This document shows positions 27,686-36,670 of a DNA stretch of 64,000 nucleotides, in pieces. The stretch covers positions 6,009 to 70,008 of the forward strand of contig JYIN01000013.1 in NCBI GenBank assembly GCA_002007405.1. The letters run 5' to 3'. Source of the stretch: Gammaproteobacteria bacterium Gsub (GTDB lineage: Bacteria; Pseudomonadota; Gammaproteobacteria; PS1; Pseudothioglobaceae). The notes beneath the pieces are model-generated. The model searched no databases. It was not told where the DNA came from and saw only the letters and a program-made list of their open reading frames with translations. A program made the position numbers and the translations under genes. Numbering within the stretch: the first letter of the stretch is position 1; every line of letters begins with the position of its first letter.

Positions 27686-28903
27686 TTAGAATTTAACAGA
27701 AATCCTAGCACCTGCTGAAGTGGCGTCTTCCCACTCACCAACTGAAAATCTAATGTTGGAGCCTTTACCTAAGGGGCGAGTTACAATGATGTCCCAAAAA
27801 GTATCATCAGCATCTCTAGCTACACCATCAACGGTAACGCTACCATCGTTAATCTCTAAGTTACCAACGGCAACTTGAAGCCCCATACCAGCAACTTTTG
27901 TATCCGCACGAATACCCCAAACACTGTCTTCTGCGTCACCAAAGTTACCTAATGCCACATCACCACTCCCACCGGGGGCAGTAGCAAGAATAGACACGCC
28001 TAGTGGTGAGAATTTGTTACCACTACCGGTAATCCCTGCAACACCAGCATCGGTCTGAGCCCAAGCGGCGTGCCAAGTAACCTCACCAACTTTAGTCCAG
28101 AGATGGACCAGTGCGGCGTCAGCATCATCACCAAGCCCTGCATCATCTCGGGTGTCGTTAGTACCAGCAAAGTACTCAGCAGCAACACCGATGGCACCGA
28201 TTTTACCTTTGATGGAGATATCAGTGTAGTCACCCTCGTGAATTGCATCAAGACCATTGGGCCCGACATAACCATCATTTATATCTGCCTGCTCAGCTGT
28301 GATAGCAGTAGGCTCCTCGCCATCAAGACTTACATTGGTGTTATGCTCAAAAGTAACATTAAAATCACCTATCTTACCTTTGGCAGAAAGCACAGTAGAG
28401 GAGCTCTCAGCACCTGTTTCAACAGCTGCTCTCCAGCCACCGATTTTAGTGCTAAACTCAATTCTATCAGCATCAGCCTTACCTTTACGAGCAACGCCTA
28501 AACCAGTGGTATCCCACCAATCCCCTGCTTTAATGTTAAGCGCACCAATCTTAGTGGTAATGTATTGATAATCAACATTCAATTGAGATGAAGAATCGCC
28601 AGCATTGCCAGCACCTGAGCCAGTTCCGCGTGCGCCATCAGAGGCGTTAGCACCGCCTGATACTCGGGTGCGACCATCATTACGCAAACCTACCTTAATG
28701 GTTGTGTCGCCTGATTTGCCAGTAACATGCAAACGCACGCGTTGACGGCTTCTATTCTCACCATCTTGAGATGCAAAAACAGAAGAATCGCTGACATCTT
28801 TATAGGAGTACTCAAAATGAGCATCTCCCCTGATTGAAATATCAGCAAAAGCCACCGCTGACATCGTCGTAGCAACTGCTACGGCTAATAATTGTTTTTT
28901 CAT
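27686..28903 (-). CDS. Outer-membrane porin (beta-barrel), start taken at ATG 28901-28903
   Basis: MKKQLLAVAVATTMSAVAFA signal peptide preceded by GGAGA SD; Gly/Asp/Ala/Thr-rich alternating pattern; C-terminal ...ARISVKF terminal Phe typical of OMPs. Confidence 0.75.
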   Translation of the reverse strand: MKKQLLAVAVATTMSAVAFADISIRGDAHFEYSYKDVSDSSVFASQDGENRSRQRVRLHVTGKSGDTTIKVGLRNDGRTRVSGGANASDGARGTGSGAGNAGDSSSQLNVDYQYITTKIGALNIKAGDWWDTTGLGVARKGKADADRIEFSTKIGGWRAAVETGAESSSTVLSAKGKIGDFNVTFEHNTNVSLDGEEPTAITAEQADINDGYVGPNGLDAIHEGDYTDISIKGKIGAIGVAAEYFAGTNDTRDDAGLGDDADAALVHLWTKVGEVTWHAAWAQTDAGVAGITGSGNKFSPLGVSILATAPGGSGDVALGNFGDAEDSVWGIRADTKVAGMGLQVAVGNLEINDGSVTVDGVARDADDTFWDIIVTRPLGKGSNIRFSVGEWEDATSAGARISVKF

Positions 28904-29492
28904 TTTTTTCTCCAAAAAACTAAACAATGAATAATGTCAAATACCAATAAAACCGTATTTGACCCTCGTCTCTTTGCAATTATTACAAAGATGACTAAAT
29001 TATACAAACGATTCTACAAAAGTCAATACTTTTTTGCAAAAAAAATACAAATCAATGCAAATTTACCACAAACCTTTTTTAATTCCCCCTTAAAACCCCT
29101 GTATATAAGGAATTTAATAATTTTTGCAAAAATACAACAATTTGCAAAATAAAAGATAATGGGGCAGAAAACTAAAGATAGACGCTAAAGATTTTGCCTC
29201 TTGGGTGATTGTTGGTGTTTTCTTTACTTAGAATTTATAGGTTTAGGTGGATTTTTAAGGTGCTAGACTGGCGGCGAGTTTTGCCTGTCTTTGTTGTTTT
29301 CACCCTTTGTCTAAGGCTAAAACAATCATGGCTAAAAGCATCAATTTAGTATTTATTTGGGCTGGCTTATGGTCTATGGTTTTTTTGCCACCACGCTCAG
29401 ATAATTTTAACTTTTTTAACTCTCCTAAAATGTGAATTTAAAAGGTGTTTATTGTTTAAAATTGGCTGATAAAAATAAAACCATTTGCAACT

Positions 29493-30218
29493 ATGCCAAC
29501 TGCGCCTGCTCTGATTAGTGTTGAGCATATTAACCTAAAACATCAAAATCAATACACTTTAGAAAAAGTAAGCTTTGAGTTAAAACAAGGCGACTTTATC
29601 ACCTTAATTGGACCTAATGGCGCAGGCAAAAGCTCACTCATCAAGATTTTATTAGGGCTGATTAAAGCCGATAGTGGCAGTATTTGGCGTGCCAATAATC
29701 TAAGGATAGGTTACACCCCGCAACATTTTAGCCCAAATCCTTTTATCCCAATTTCGGTATTTGATTTTCTCAATCTAAACCAAAAAGTGGGGGTCCATTT
29801 CCTAGAGCAAACCAGTGCTCTCACTGGCATTGAAGGTTTGTTAAATGCTCAGCTAAAAAACCTCTCAGGCGGTGAATTGCAACGCGTTTTACTCACCCGC
29901 GCCTTGCTTCATAGACCTAATGTTTTGATCCTTGATGAGCCTGCACAAAATCTTGATGTGAATGGACAAATGCAATTATATCAACTTATCCAATATATTC
30001 ATAAGCAACAAAATTGTGCGGTATTGATGGTCTCTCACGACCTGCACCGAGTTATGCGAGAATCCACCAAAGTATTGTGCTTATACCACCATATTTGCTG
30101 TATGGGTAAGCCCGAATCAATCTTAAAAGATGCACAATTTAACGATCTATTTGCTGCCCAAATGGACGATTTAATGGCAACTTATAAACATCACCACAAC
30201 CATTATCATAAAAACTAA
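29493..30218 (+). CDS. znuC: Zinc ABC transporter ATP-binding protein ZnuC
   Basis: Walker A GPNGAGKSS, LRIGYTPQ, signature LSGGELQR, LILDEP, SHDLH, HHICC and His-rich tail YKHHHNHYHKN, collinear with E. coli ZnuC. Confidence 0.85.
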   Translation: MPTAPALISVEHINLKHQNQYTLEKVSFELKQGDFITLIGPNGAGKSSLIKILLGLIKADSGSIWRANNLRIGYTPQHFSPNPFIPISVFDFLNLNQKVGVHFLEQTSALTGIEGLLNAQLKNLSGGELQRVLLTRALLHRPNVLILDEPAQNLDVNGQMQLYQLIQYIHKQQNCAVLMVSHDLHRVMRESTKVLCLYHHICCMGKPESILKDAQFNDLFAAQMDDLMATYKHHHNHYHKN

Positions 30219-30364
30219 AAAAACCTTGGCATTATGTAAAAATCTAAAAACATGGCAACTACATTTTAAATATTCAACCAATACAATAGAAAACGCCATT
30301 CAAATTTTTACCACTTACATCAGCCTTACTGGGATAATAACCTGCTTTTACCCAAAATAAAAAT

Positions 30365-31180
30365 ATGAGATCCATTATTGAATCCGCCTTTGAAGACCGA
30401 GCCAATCTTAATCCACAAACTGCCAGTTTAGAAATCAAACAAGCCACTGAGGAAGCCATTCACCTGCTTGATTCTGGGCAAGCACGGATTGCCGAGCAGC
30501 AAGGTATTGGCAATTGGCGTATCAATGAGTGGTTAAAAAAAGCCGTCTTATTATCTTTTAGATTAACTGATAACATGCCAATAGCGGGCGGATTTACCCA
30601 ATATTATGACAAAGTTCAATCAAAATTTGCTGATTTAACCCCTGCAGAGTTTCAAACATTGGGGGTGCGTGTTGTGCCGCCAGCCAGTGTGCGCCGTGGT
30701 GCTTTCATTGCCCCAAACACCGTACTGATGCCAAGTTATGTCAATATCGGTGCTTTCGTAGATTCAGGCACGATGGTAGATACTTGGGCAACAGTTGGGT
30801 CCTGTGCGCAAATTGGTAAAAATGTACATCTCTCAGGTGGTGTTGGTATCGGTGGCGTTTTAGAGCCGCTACAAGCCAGCCCAACGATTATTGAGGATGA
30901 TTGCTTTATCGGTGCGCGCTCAGAAGTGGTAGAAGGCGTTATTGTTGAACAGGGTGCGGTCATTTCCATGGGGGTTTATATTGGTCAATCTACCAAAATT
31001 TTTAATCGTAAAACAGGGGAGATTACTTATGGCAGAGTTCCCGCTGGATCGGTTGTGGTGTCGGGCAATTTACCCTCCAAAGACGGCGCTTATTCACTCT
31101 ACTGTGCGGTCATTGTGAAGCAAGTTGATGCTAAAACACGCTCTAAAATAGGTATTAATGAACTCCTTCGCAGTATTTAG
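30365..31180 (+). CDS. dapD: 2,3,4,5-tetrahydropyridine-2,6-dicarboxylate N-succinyltransferase
   Basis: [13 protein letters not shown]-terminus, [13 protein letters not shown], left-handed beta-helix hexapeptide repeats. Confidence 0.9.
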   Translation: MRSIIESAFEDRANLNPQTASLEIKQATEEAIHLLDSGQARIAEQQGIGNWRINEWLKKAVLLSFRLTDNMPIAGGFTQYYDKVQSKFADLTPAEFQTLGVRVVPPASVRRGAFIAPNTVLMPSYVNIGAFVDSGTMVDTWATVGSCAQIGKNVHLSGGVGIGGVLEPLQASPTIIEDDCFIGARSEVVEGVIVEQGAVISMGVYIGQSTKIFNRKTGEITYGRVPAGSVVVSGNLPSKDGAYSLYCAVIVKQVDAKTRSKIGINELLRSI

Positions 31181-31913
31181 TTTCAAGTTCAAAAAATTTA
31201 TCACATTTTTTATTGAACCAATCGGGCTGATATTGCTACTGGCTTTGTTCGGCTTATATTTTTTATTCAAAAATAAATTAACCCCTGCCAAAGTGCTACT
31301 GAGTTTGGTCTTTTCCCTATTATTTACATTCAGTTATCCCCCAGTTGCCAATTATCTAACCACACAATTAGAAAGCCAATACAGTGTTTATAACACCAAA
31401 ATGCCAATTGACTATATTCATATATTGGGTAATTGGCATTATAAAAATCCCTTTATATCAACCTCAAGCAAACTCTCTGATGCCGCTACAAAACGCATAT
31501 TAGAAGCGATAATGATTTATCAAAGAATGGATAAAAAACCAACCCTTATTTTTACAGGTTTTGGTGTGCCTGTGTCAAATGCCAAAATGGCGGCTAATTT
31601 TGCTAATGCTCTGGGGGTTAAAAACAGTGCTATGGTTATCAATGGTAAGCCAAAAGACACGATAGAAGAGGCTTTATTTGCTAAATCTATCATCGGCAAA
31701 AAATCATTATTGTTGGTAACATCCGCTGCCCATATGCCAAGAGCGATACAATTATTCAAACAAGTGGGCTTAAATCCAACACCAGCACCTGCTGATTTCA
31801 AAAGCACAAAATCAAATTGGTTATCGCCACCCAATATAGACGCTTTACAAAAATCACATAATGCCATTCATGAATATTTAGGGCTACTGTGGATACAGGT
31901 AAAATCATTTTAA
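31158..31913 (+). CDS. DUF218 (YdcF/ElyC/SanA-like) membrane-anchored protein
   Basis: N-terminal TM segments and [12 protein letters not shown] motif typical of DUF218 proteins. Confidence 0.65.
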   Translation: MNSFAVFSFKFKKFITFFIEPIGLILLLALFGLYFLFKNKLTPAKVLLSLVFSLLFTFSYPPVANYLTTQLESQYSVYNTKMPIDYIHILGNWHYKNPFISTSSKLSDAATKRILEAIMIYQRMDKKPTLIFTGFGVPVSNAKMAANFANALGVKNSAMVINGKPKDTIEEALFAKSIIGKKSLLLVTSAAHMPRAIQLFKQVGLNPTPAPADFKSTKSNWLSPPNIDALQKSHNAIHEYLGLLWIQVKSF

Positions 31914-32056
31914 GGGTCTTTTATGCGATTATTGATAACTGTCAATGAAAACTATTCTCGTTCCCATTATGCTTTTTACCAAAGGAAAAACCTATAATCC
32001 CCAACCCAGATTTGCAAGTCTCGTTTGTAAATTGAAACCCAAAGGTCTCAAAGAAA

Positions 32057-32086
32057 TAAAAAACCCGTCATTAAAACGGGTTTTTT
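32057..32086. terminator. Bidirectional intrinsic terminator
   Basis: ataaaaaACCCGTcattaaaACGGGTttttt: stem extended by A/T runs on both sides; lies between convergent genes. Confidence 0.55.
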
Positions 32087-32109
32087 ACTGTTGTATTTAT
32101 TCTATAAAT

Positions 32110-32331
32110 TTACTTTCTTGTAAATAAAGAATAGATAACTGCAACTGCTGCCAAGCCGACCAAGCCTTGCGCACCCAGATCGCCAACAATTTTAGTAATT
32201 GTGCCAATAACATCACCACCAACGAATGGGACGCTACCGCCAAAAATTACTTGTAGGACAATTGCTAAGGCAATTAAAGCCAAACCCGCTTCCGTTAATT
32301 TCTTAAACGGACTGATAATAGTATCAAACAT
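32110..32331 (-). CDS. Small (73 aa) two-segment hydrophobic protein, family not recognised
   Basis: Strong SD (AAAGAGGAGAGAAT-ATG); two hydrophobic stretches separated by a Gly/Asp-rich linker; ends in basic TRK; terminator just downstream. Confidence 0.55.
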   Translation of the reverse strand: MFDTIISPFKKLTEAGLALIALAIVLQVIFGGSVPFVGGDVIGTITKIVGDLGAQGLVGLAAVAVIYSLFTRK

Positions 32332-32759
32332 ATTCTCTCCTCTTTTTTATAAAAAAACCCCAACATTATTGTTGGTTATTGACTTTTGACTATAATTTAG
32401 GAGGATGTCAAGGATTTTTTCAAAAAAAATATTAAATAACTAACAAAAATTGATAAAAATTTAGATACATTTTAAAATTTTCAACCATAAAACCTTTATA
32501 TAATTTGAGGTCATTACACAACAAAAACCAATAAACGCCTGTTTTTATTTTAAATAAACACTTGACAATGGTTTGATTATTGCTGTTGATACTGCCGCTA
32601 ATATTCATAACCATCAACAATATAACCAATTTTTAGACAAACACCAACTTAAAAAACCATATTCAGAAAAGCAAAGAAAATAAAATAAAAATCAATAGAC
32701 TACTGTTTTTAATTGTTTTTAAGATTTGGGTAAAGTGAGTTTTTGTGATGGTCTTAACT

Positions 32760-33602
32760 TTATATAAAAAGAGAAAATGCTATGCCAATAAAAATTAACA
32801 AGCCGATATAATGATTATGCAAAAAAGCATCAAAACAGGCTTTTTTTTCACGATTTTTGATTAAATTTTGATGGTAAATCATTAAACATGCACTCAAAAC
32901 CAGAGAAATATCGTAGAAAAAACCCAAATTAAAAATATTTGCAATTTTTATTAACACTAACAATAAGCCGATTTGCAAAAGACCAATCACCAATCTATCA
33001 TATTTTGCAAATAATATGGCACTTGATTTAACCCCAATTTTTAAATCTTCATCGCGGTCTGCCATCGCATACATGCTGTCATAGGCGACCGTCCAAAGCA
33101 CGGCCGCTAAGAAGACCCACCAAGCTGATAAGGCTACATTGTTATTGATCGCGGCAAATGCCATCGGCACACTCATAGCAAAAGCCACCCCTAATACAAA
33201 CTGTGGTAGGTGTGTCCAACGCTTGGTAAAAGGGTAGAGTATCGCTAAAAATAAGGCAATAAATGCCAAACAAATGGTGAGCCAATTAGTCATCAAAACT
33301 AAGACAAATGCCAAACTGATTAAAATAAAAAACAACACTAAGGCTGATTTTGGGGTAACTTTGCCAGAAGTAATTGGGCGGTTACGGGTTCTTTTAACCA
33401 AATGGTCAATTTTCCTATCAGCATAGTCGTTAATCACACAGCCTGCCGAACGCATCAGCACCACACCGAAAATAAAAATCAATAAAATTTTAATATTTGG
33501 AAAACCGTTACTGGCTAAAAATAATGCCCATAGCGTTGGCCACAGCAACAGATAAATACCAATCGGCTTATCAAGGCGCATGAGGCGAAAATAAACATTC
33601 AT
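32760..33602 (-). CDS. ubiA: 4-hydroxybenzoate polyprenyltransferase
   Basis: RLMRLDKPIGIYLLLWPTLWAL, NDYADRKID and second Asp-rich motif YAMADRDEDLKIGVKS. Confidence 0.9.
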   Translation of the reverse strand: MNVYFRLMRLDKPIGIYLLLWPTLWALFLASNGFPNIKILLIFIFGVVLMRSAGCVINDYADRKIDHLVKRTRNRPITSGKVTPKSALVLFFILISLAFVLVLMTNWLTICLAFIALFLAILYPFTKRWTHLPQFVLGVAFAMSVPMAFAAINNNVALSAWWVFLAAVLWTVAYDSMYAMADRDEDLKIGVKSSAILFAKYDRLVIGLLQIGLLLVLIKIANIFNLGFFYDISLVLSACLMIYHQNLIKNREKKACFDAFLHNHYIGLLIFIGIAFSLFI

Positions 33603-34510
33603 AGTCGCTCTAAAAATTGTTGTAATTCTGCTGACAAAGGTGCATTGATTATTTGTATGGTATTCGTCAGCGGATTGGTAAAAGTGAGTTGATGTGCATG
33701 TAAAAATAGGCGCCTTAAGCCCTTGGATTTTGTTTGTTTATTAAATTCCCTATCGCCATATTTATCATCCATAGCAATCGGGTGCTCGGCATATTTTGCA
33801 TGTATGCGGATTTGGTGCATACGCCCAGTTTCAATGGTAATTTTCACCAAAGAGGCAGAAAAATCTTTATTATTAAAATTTTTAAGTACTTGAAAATGGC
33901 TCATCGCTTGTTTGCCTCTGGCATCTACCGTAACACCCCTTGAATTTTGATACAATGGTGCATCAATGGTATGATTCTTTTTTGACCATGTGCCTCTAAC
34001 CAGTGCCATATAGCGTTTTTCTACTTGGTGTTGATTAAGTTGCACATGCAGATTTTTTAATACCTTGCGTTTTTTAGCCACCAATAACGCCCCTGAAGTG
34101 GCGCGGTCAAGGCGATGTACTAATTCAACTGGCTCCGAATAAATACTACGCAACGCCTCAATCACCCCAAGTGCCACCCCACTACCACCATGCACCGCCA
34201 AACCGCTAGGTTTATTGATAACCAGCAAACCTTTATCCTCAAATATAGTTGCATTTTGTAATATTTGTTTGAGGTTATCCGATGCTTTCTCTTGACTCGG
34301 ATTTGACACCCGAATTGGGGGAATCCGAACTATGTCACTCAAACATAATTTATACTCTGCCTTTTTCCTGCCTTTATTCACCCGCACTTCACCCTTACGA
34401 ATCAGCTTATAAATATGTGATTTCGGCACGCCTTTTAAATATTTTATCAGGTAATTATCTAATCGCTGACCAGCTGAGTATTCATCAACTGTTTGAAAAC
34501 ATACACTCAT
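33599..34510 (-). CDS. rluC: 23S rRNA pseudouridine synthase, RluC-like (S4 domain + RluA family)
   Basis: N-terminal S4-like QRLDNYL...IRKGEVRVNK; catalytic motif HRLDRATSGALL; TGRMHQIR. Confidence 0.8.
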   Translation of the reverse strand: MSVCFQTVDEYSAGQRLDNYLIKYLKGVPKSHIYKLIRKGEVRVNKGRKKAEYKLCLSDIVRIPPIRVSNPSQEKASDNLKQILQNATIFEDKGLLVINKPSGLAVHGGSGVALGVIEALRSIYSEPVELVHRLDRATSGALLVAKKRKVLKNLHVQLNQHQVEKRYMALVRGTWSKKNHTIDAPLYQNSRGVTVDARGKQAMSHFQVLKNFNNKDFSASLVKITIETGRMHQIRIHAKYAEHPIAMDDKYGDREFNKQTKSKGLRRLFLHAHQLTFTNPLTNTIQIINAPLSAELQQFLERL

Positions 34511-35280
34511 ATTGAAAACAATTTTTTAAAATTAGCTGTGGTTATACTAGCAATTTTATTGATGCTCTCACCACGGATTTGTGCCAGTTTTTCTGCTACA
34601 AAATAAGTATATGCTGGTGAATTAGGCTTGCCACGATAAGGCACGGGGGCTAAATAGGGTGAATCGGTTTCAACCAGCAGGCGCTCGGCTGGGATTTTTT
34701 TTGCCACTGCGCGTAAATTCTCGGCATTCTTAAAGGTGATAATCCCAGAAAATGAAATATAAAAGCCTAAATCAAGCGCTGCTTTGGCAGTTTCCCAATC
34801 CTCAGAAAAACAATGCATTACACCACTGCATGCTTCTTCCGCTTGCATAATTTGTAAGGTATCAGCCTTTGCACAACGGGTGTGAATAATCATCGGCTTG
34901 CCTGATTGGTTAGATGCCCTAATATGCCGTTTAAAACGCTGACGCTGCCACTCAGCGGCGTTTTCTTCAACATGAAAATAATCCAATCCAGTCTCTCCAA
35001 TGGCAATGATTTTATCATCGTCTGCCAGTGTTAATAACTCTGCCACGCTTGGGTCTTGACCTTCTAACTCACAGGGATGTACCCCAACTGAGGCATAAAT
35101 TTGGCGGTGATTTTTTGCTAAATTCAACACTGCCTCAAAATGCTCTAAATCAATGCAAACACACAAAAACCCAACCACTGATAATTCCTCAGCGTGCGCC
35201 AACATGCTCTCAATATTGCCACCAAAAGCGGATAAATCAACACGGTCAAGATGGCAATGGGAATCAATGATTTGCACCAA
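34507..35280 (-). CDS. TatD-family metal-dependent hydrolase (YcfH-like)
   Basis: IDSHCHLD N-terminus, GETGLDY, IHTR, ETDSPYL motifs. Confidence 0.85.
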   Translation of the reverse strand: MVQIIDSHCHLDRVDLSAFGGNIESMLAHAEELSVVGFLCVCIDLEHFEAVLNLAKNHRQIYASVGVHPCELEGQDPSVAELLTLADDDKIIAIGETGLDYFHVEENAAEWQRQRFKRHIRASNQSGKPMIIHTRCAKADTLQIMQAEEACSGVMHCFSEDWETAKAALDLGFYISFSGIITFKNAENLRAVAKKIPAERLLVETDSPYLAPVPYRGKPNSPAYTYFVAEKLAQIRGESINKIASITTANFKKLFSI

Positions 35281-35288
35281 AAGACCCT

Positions 35289-36068
35289 CTAAAAACCAAA
35301 TTTTTTGAATGTGTCTTTAAGTTTGTCCTCTACCCCTTTTTTTAGGTTGTCAAAATCATTTTTTTTTGCAGGGTTATCAATACCGAGTTTATCGCCCAAT
35401 TTACGCATTAAGGTTTGTTTTATTTTTTTCTTGCCTATTTCTATGCCTTGTTTTTCTAGGGCTTTTTTTAGATTTTGGAGGATTTCTCGGGCGATTTCTT
35501 CGCCCATTTCATCAGCCCGAACCCCAGTATTTCCACCAAAATTATGGGCTGAAATATCCGCCACATTGAGTGTGGTTTTAACTTGACCAAGTACAACTTT
35601 TAGAGTGATTTCGCTCACCTTAAATTTTTTAATTTTAATGCGCATGTCAGTAGAAGTGCTGGAGTTATCGCTTGTATCGGTGTTTGTTGGTTCGAGGGTG
35701 TCTAAATTATCAAGTAATTGTGATAGATTAACTTTTGCCCCTTTTTGTTCTAATGTAAATTCAAGCCCACTCAAACTCAGATTCTCAATGACAAATAAAT
35801 CATCGCTAATATCGCCTATTCTCAAAACAAAATGTTCTAAAGAAAGGGCATTTTTATTATTAAAATCAGGCGGATTTTGCACCTCAACAAAATCAATATT
35901 TAAACTTTTATTAAAAAAATCACTGTCAAACTGGCTAATGGTAACTGGTGTTTTGAGTAAATTTCTAGCATACTCTTGGGCGTATTTCTTACCCAATGAA
36001 TCAAAGCTAGCAATGATAATCATGACCACAATAACCAAACCCAGCAATATATAAATGACTTTTTTCAT
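35289..36068 (-). CDS. Short AsmA-like membrane-anchored protein with Lys-rich C-terminal tail
   Basis: N-terminal TM anchor, then pattern resembling AsmA N-terminal region (PVTISQFDSDFFNKSLNIDFVEVQNPPDFN...); weak assignment. Confidence 0.45.
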   Translation of the reverse strand: MKKVIYILLGLVIVVMIIIASFDSLGKKYAQEYARNLLKTPVTISQFDSDFFNKSLNIDFVEVQNPPDFNNKNALSLEHFVLRIGDISDDLFVIENLSLSGLEFTLEQKGAKVNLSQLLDNLDTLEPTNTDTSDNSSTSTDMRIKIKKFKVSEITLKVVLGQVKTTLNVADISAHNFGGNTGVRADEMGEEIAREILQNLKKALEKQGIEIGKKKIKQTLMRKLGDKLGIDNPAKKNDFDNLKKGVEDKLKDTFKKFGF

Positions 36069-36670
36069 GTTTGAATCTCTATTAAAAACCGTTTATCAGA
36101 AACACCCGGCACCGATAATTGGTGAATTTTTGCCTCTTTAGGTAGTTGTTCTTGGGATACATTTGCCCCTTTCATCAATAAATATCTGCCATTATCGCAT
36201 AATAAATGCTGAGTTAATTTTAATGTTTTGCCTATTTCAGAAAAAGCTCTGGAAACCACTTGTTGAAAACCAGTTTGTACTTGATATTTTTCCACCCGCA
36301 TATTGACAACACTGAGGTTATTTAATTTCAATTGGGTCTTGGCAAAACGCATAAAGTGGCATTTTTTAGCCACACAATCAAGCACAGTAACTGCTAAATT
36401 CGGTCGCATAATACCAATCACAATACCCGGCAACCCCGCACCAGAACCAACATCTAATAAAGACTGCGGCTTAACATAAGGCAAAATTGACAAACTGTCT
36501 AACAAATGTTTGCCAACCCCTTCTTCCACTGCACGAATGGCAGTTAAATTGTAAGTTTTATTCCATTGAATAAGCAGTGTTAGGTATTCAAGTAAGCGTT
36601 TTATTTGTTTCTCGCTCAATTCAATACCCATTTGATTTGCCCCATCTATAAGCAATTTTTTATGCTTCAT
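36065..36670 (-). CDS. rsmG: 16S rRNA (guanine527-N7)-methyltransferase RsmG (start at ATG 36668-36670, overlapping mnmG stop)
   Basis: [14 protein letters not shown] motif [13 protein letters not shown]; follows mnmG as in the gidA-gidB pair. Confidence 0.9.
   Translation of the reverse strand: MKHKKLLIDGANQMGIELSEKQIKRLLEYLTLLIQWNKTYNLTAIRAVEEGVGKHLLDSLSILPYVKPQSLLDVGSGAGLPGIVIGIMRPNLAVTVLDCVAKKCHFMRFAKTQLKLNNLSVVNMRVEKYQVQTGFQQVVSRAFSEIGKTLKLTQHLLCDNGRYLLMKGANVSQEQLPKEAKIHQLSVPGVSDKRFLIEIQT

Noticed and set aside
28934-29152. 72-aa plus-strand ORF in the porin upstream spacer
   Set aside because: It is a low-complexity Lys/Phe/Ile-rich translation of an AT-rich promoter region and overlaps the TTTGCAAA box cluster. 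It has no SD and no homology.
29400-29492. Zur box upstream of znuC
   Set aside because: Only a weak half-palindrome (aaatgtgaattt) is present. It does not match the GAAATGTTATAWTATAACATTTC-type consensus convincingly.
32381-32400. TTGACT...TATAAT (plus strand) and TTGACA (minus strand) promoter-like hexamers near the small membrane protein gene
   Set aside because: Spacing between the -35-like and -10-like elements is 6 or 11 bp rather than 16-18 bp, so neither forms a credible sigma-70 promoter as it stands.
32432-32629. 65-aa minus-strand ORF in the ubiA / small-protein spacer
   Set aside because: It is an AT-rich low-complexity translation with no SD and no motif, most likely a chance ORF.
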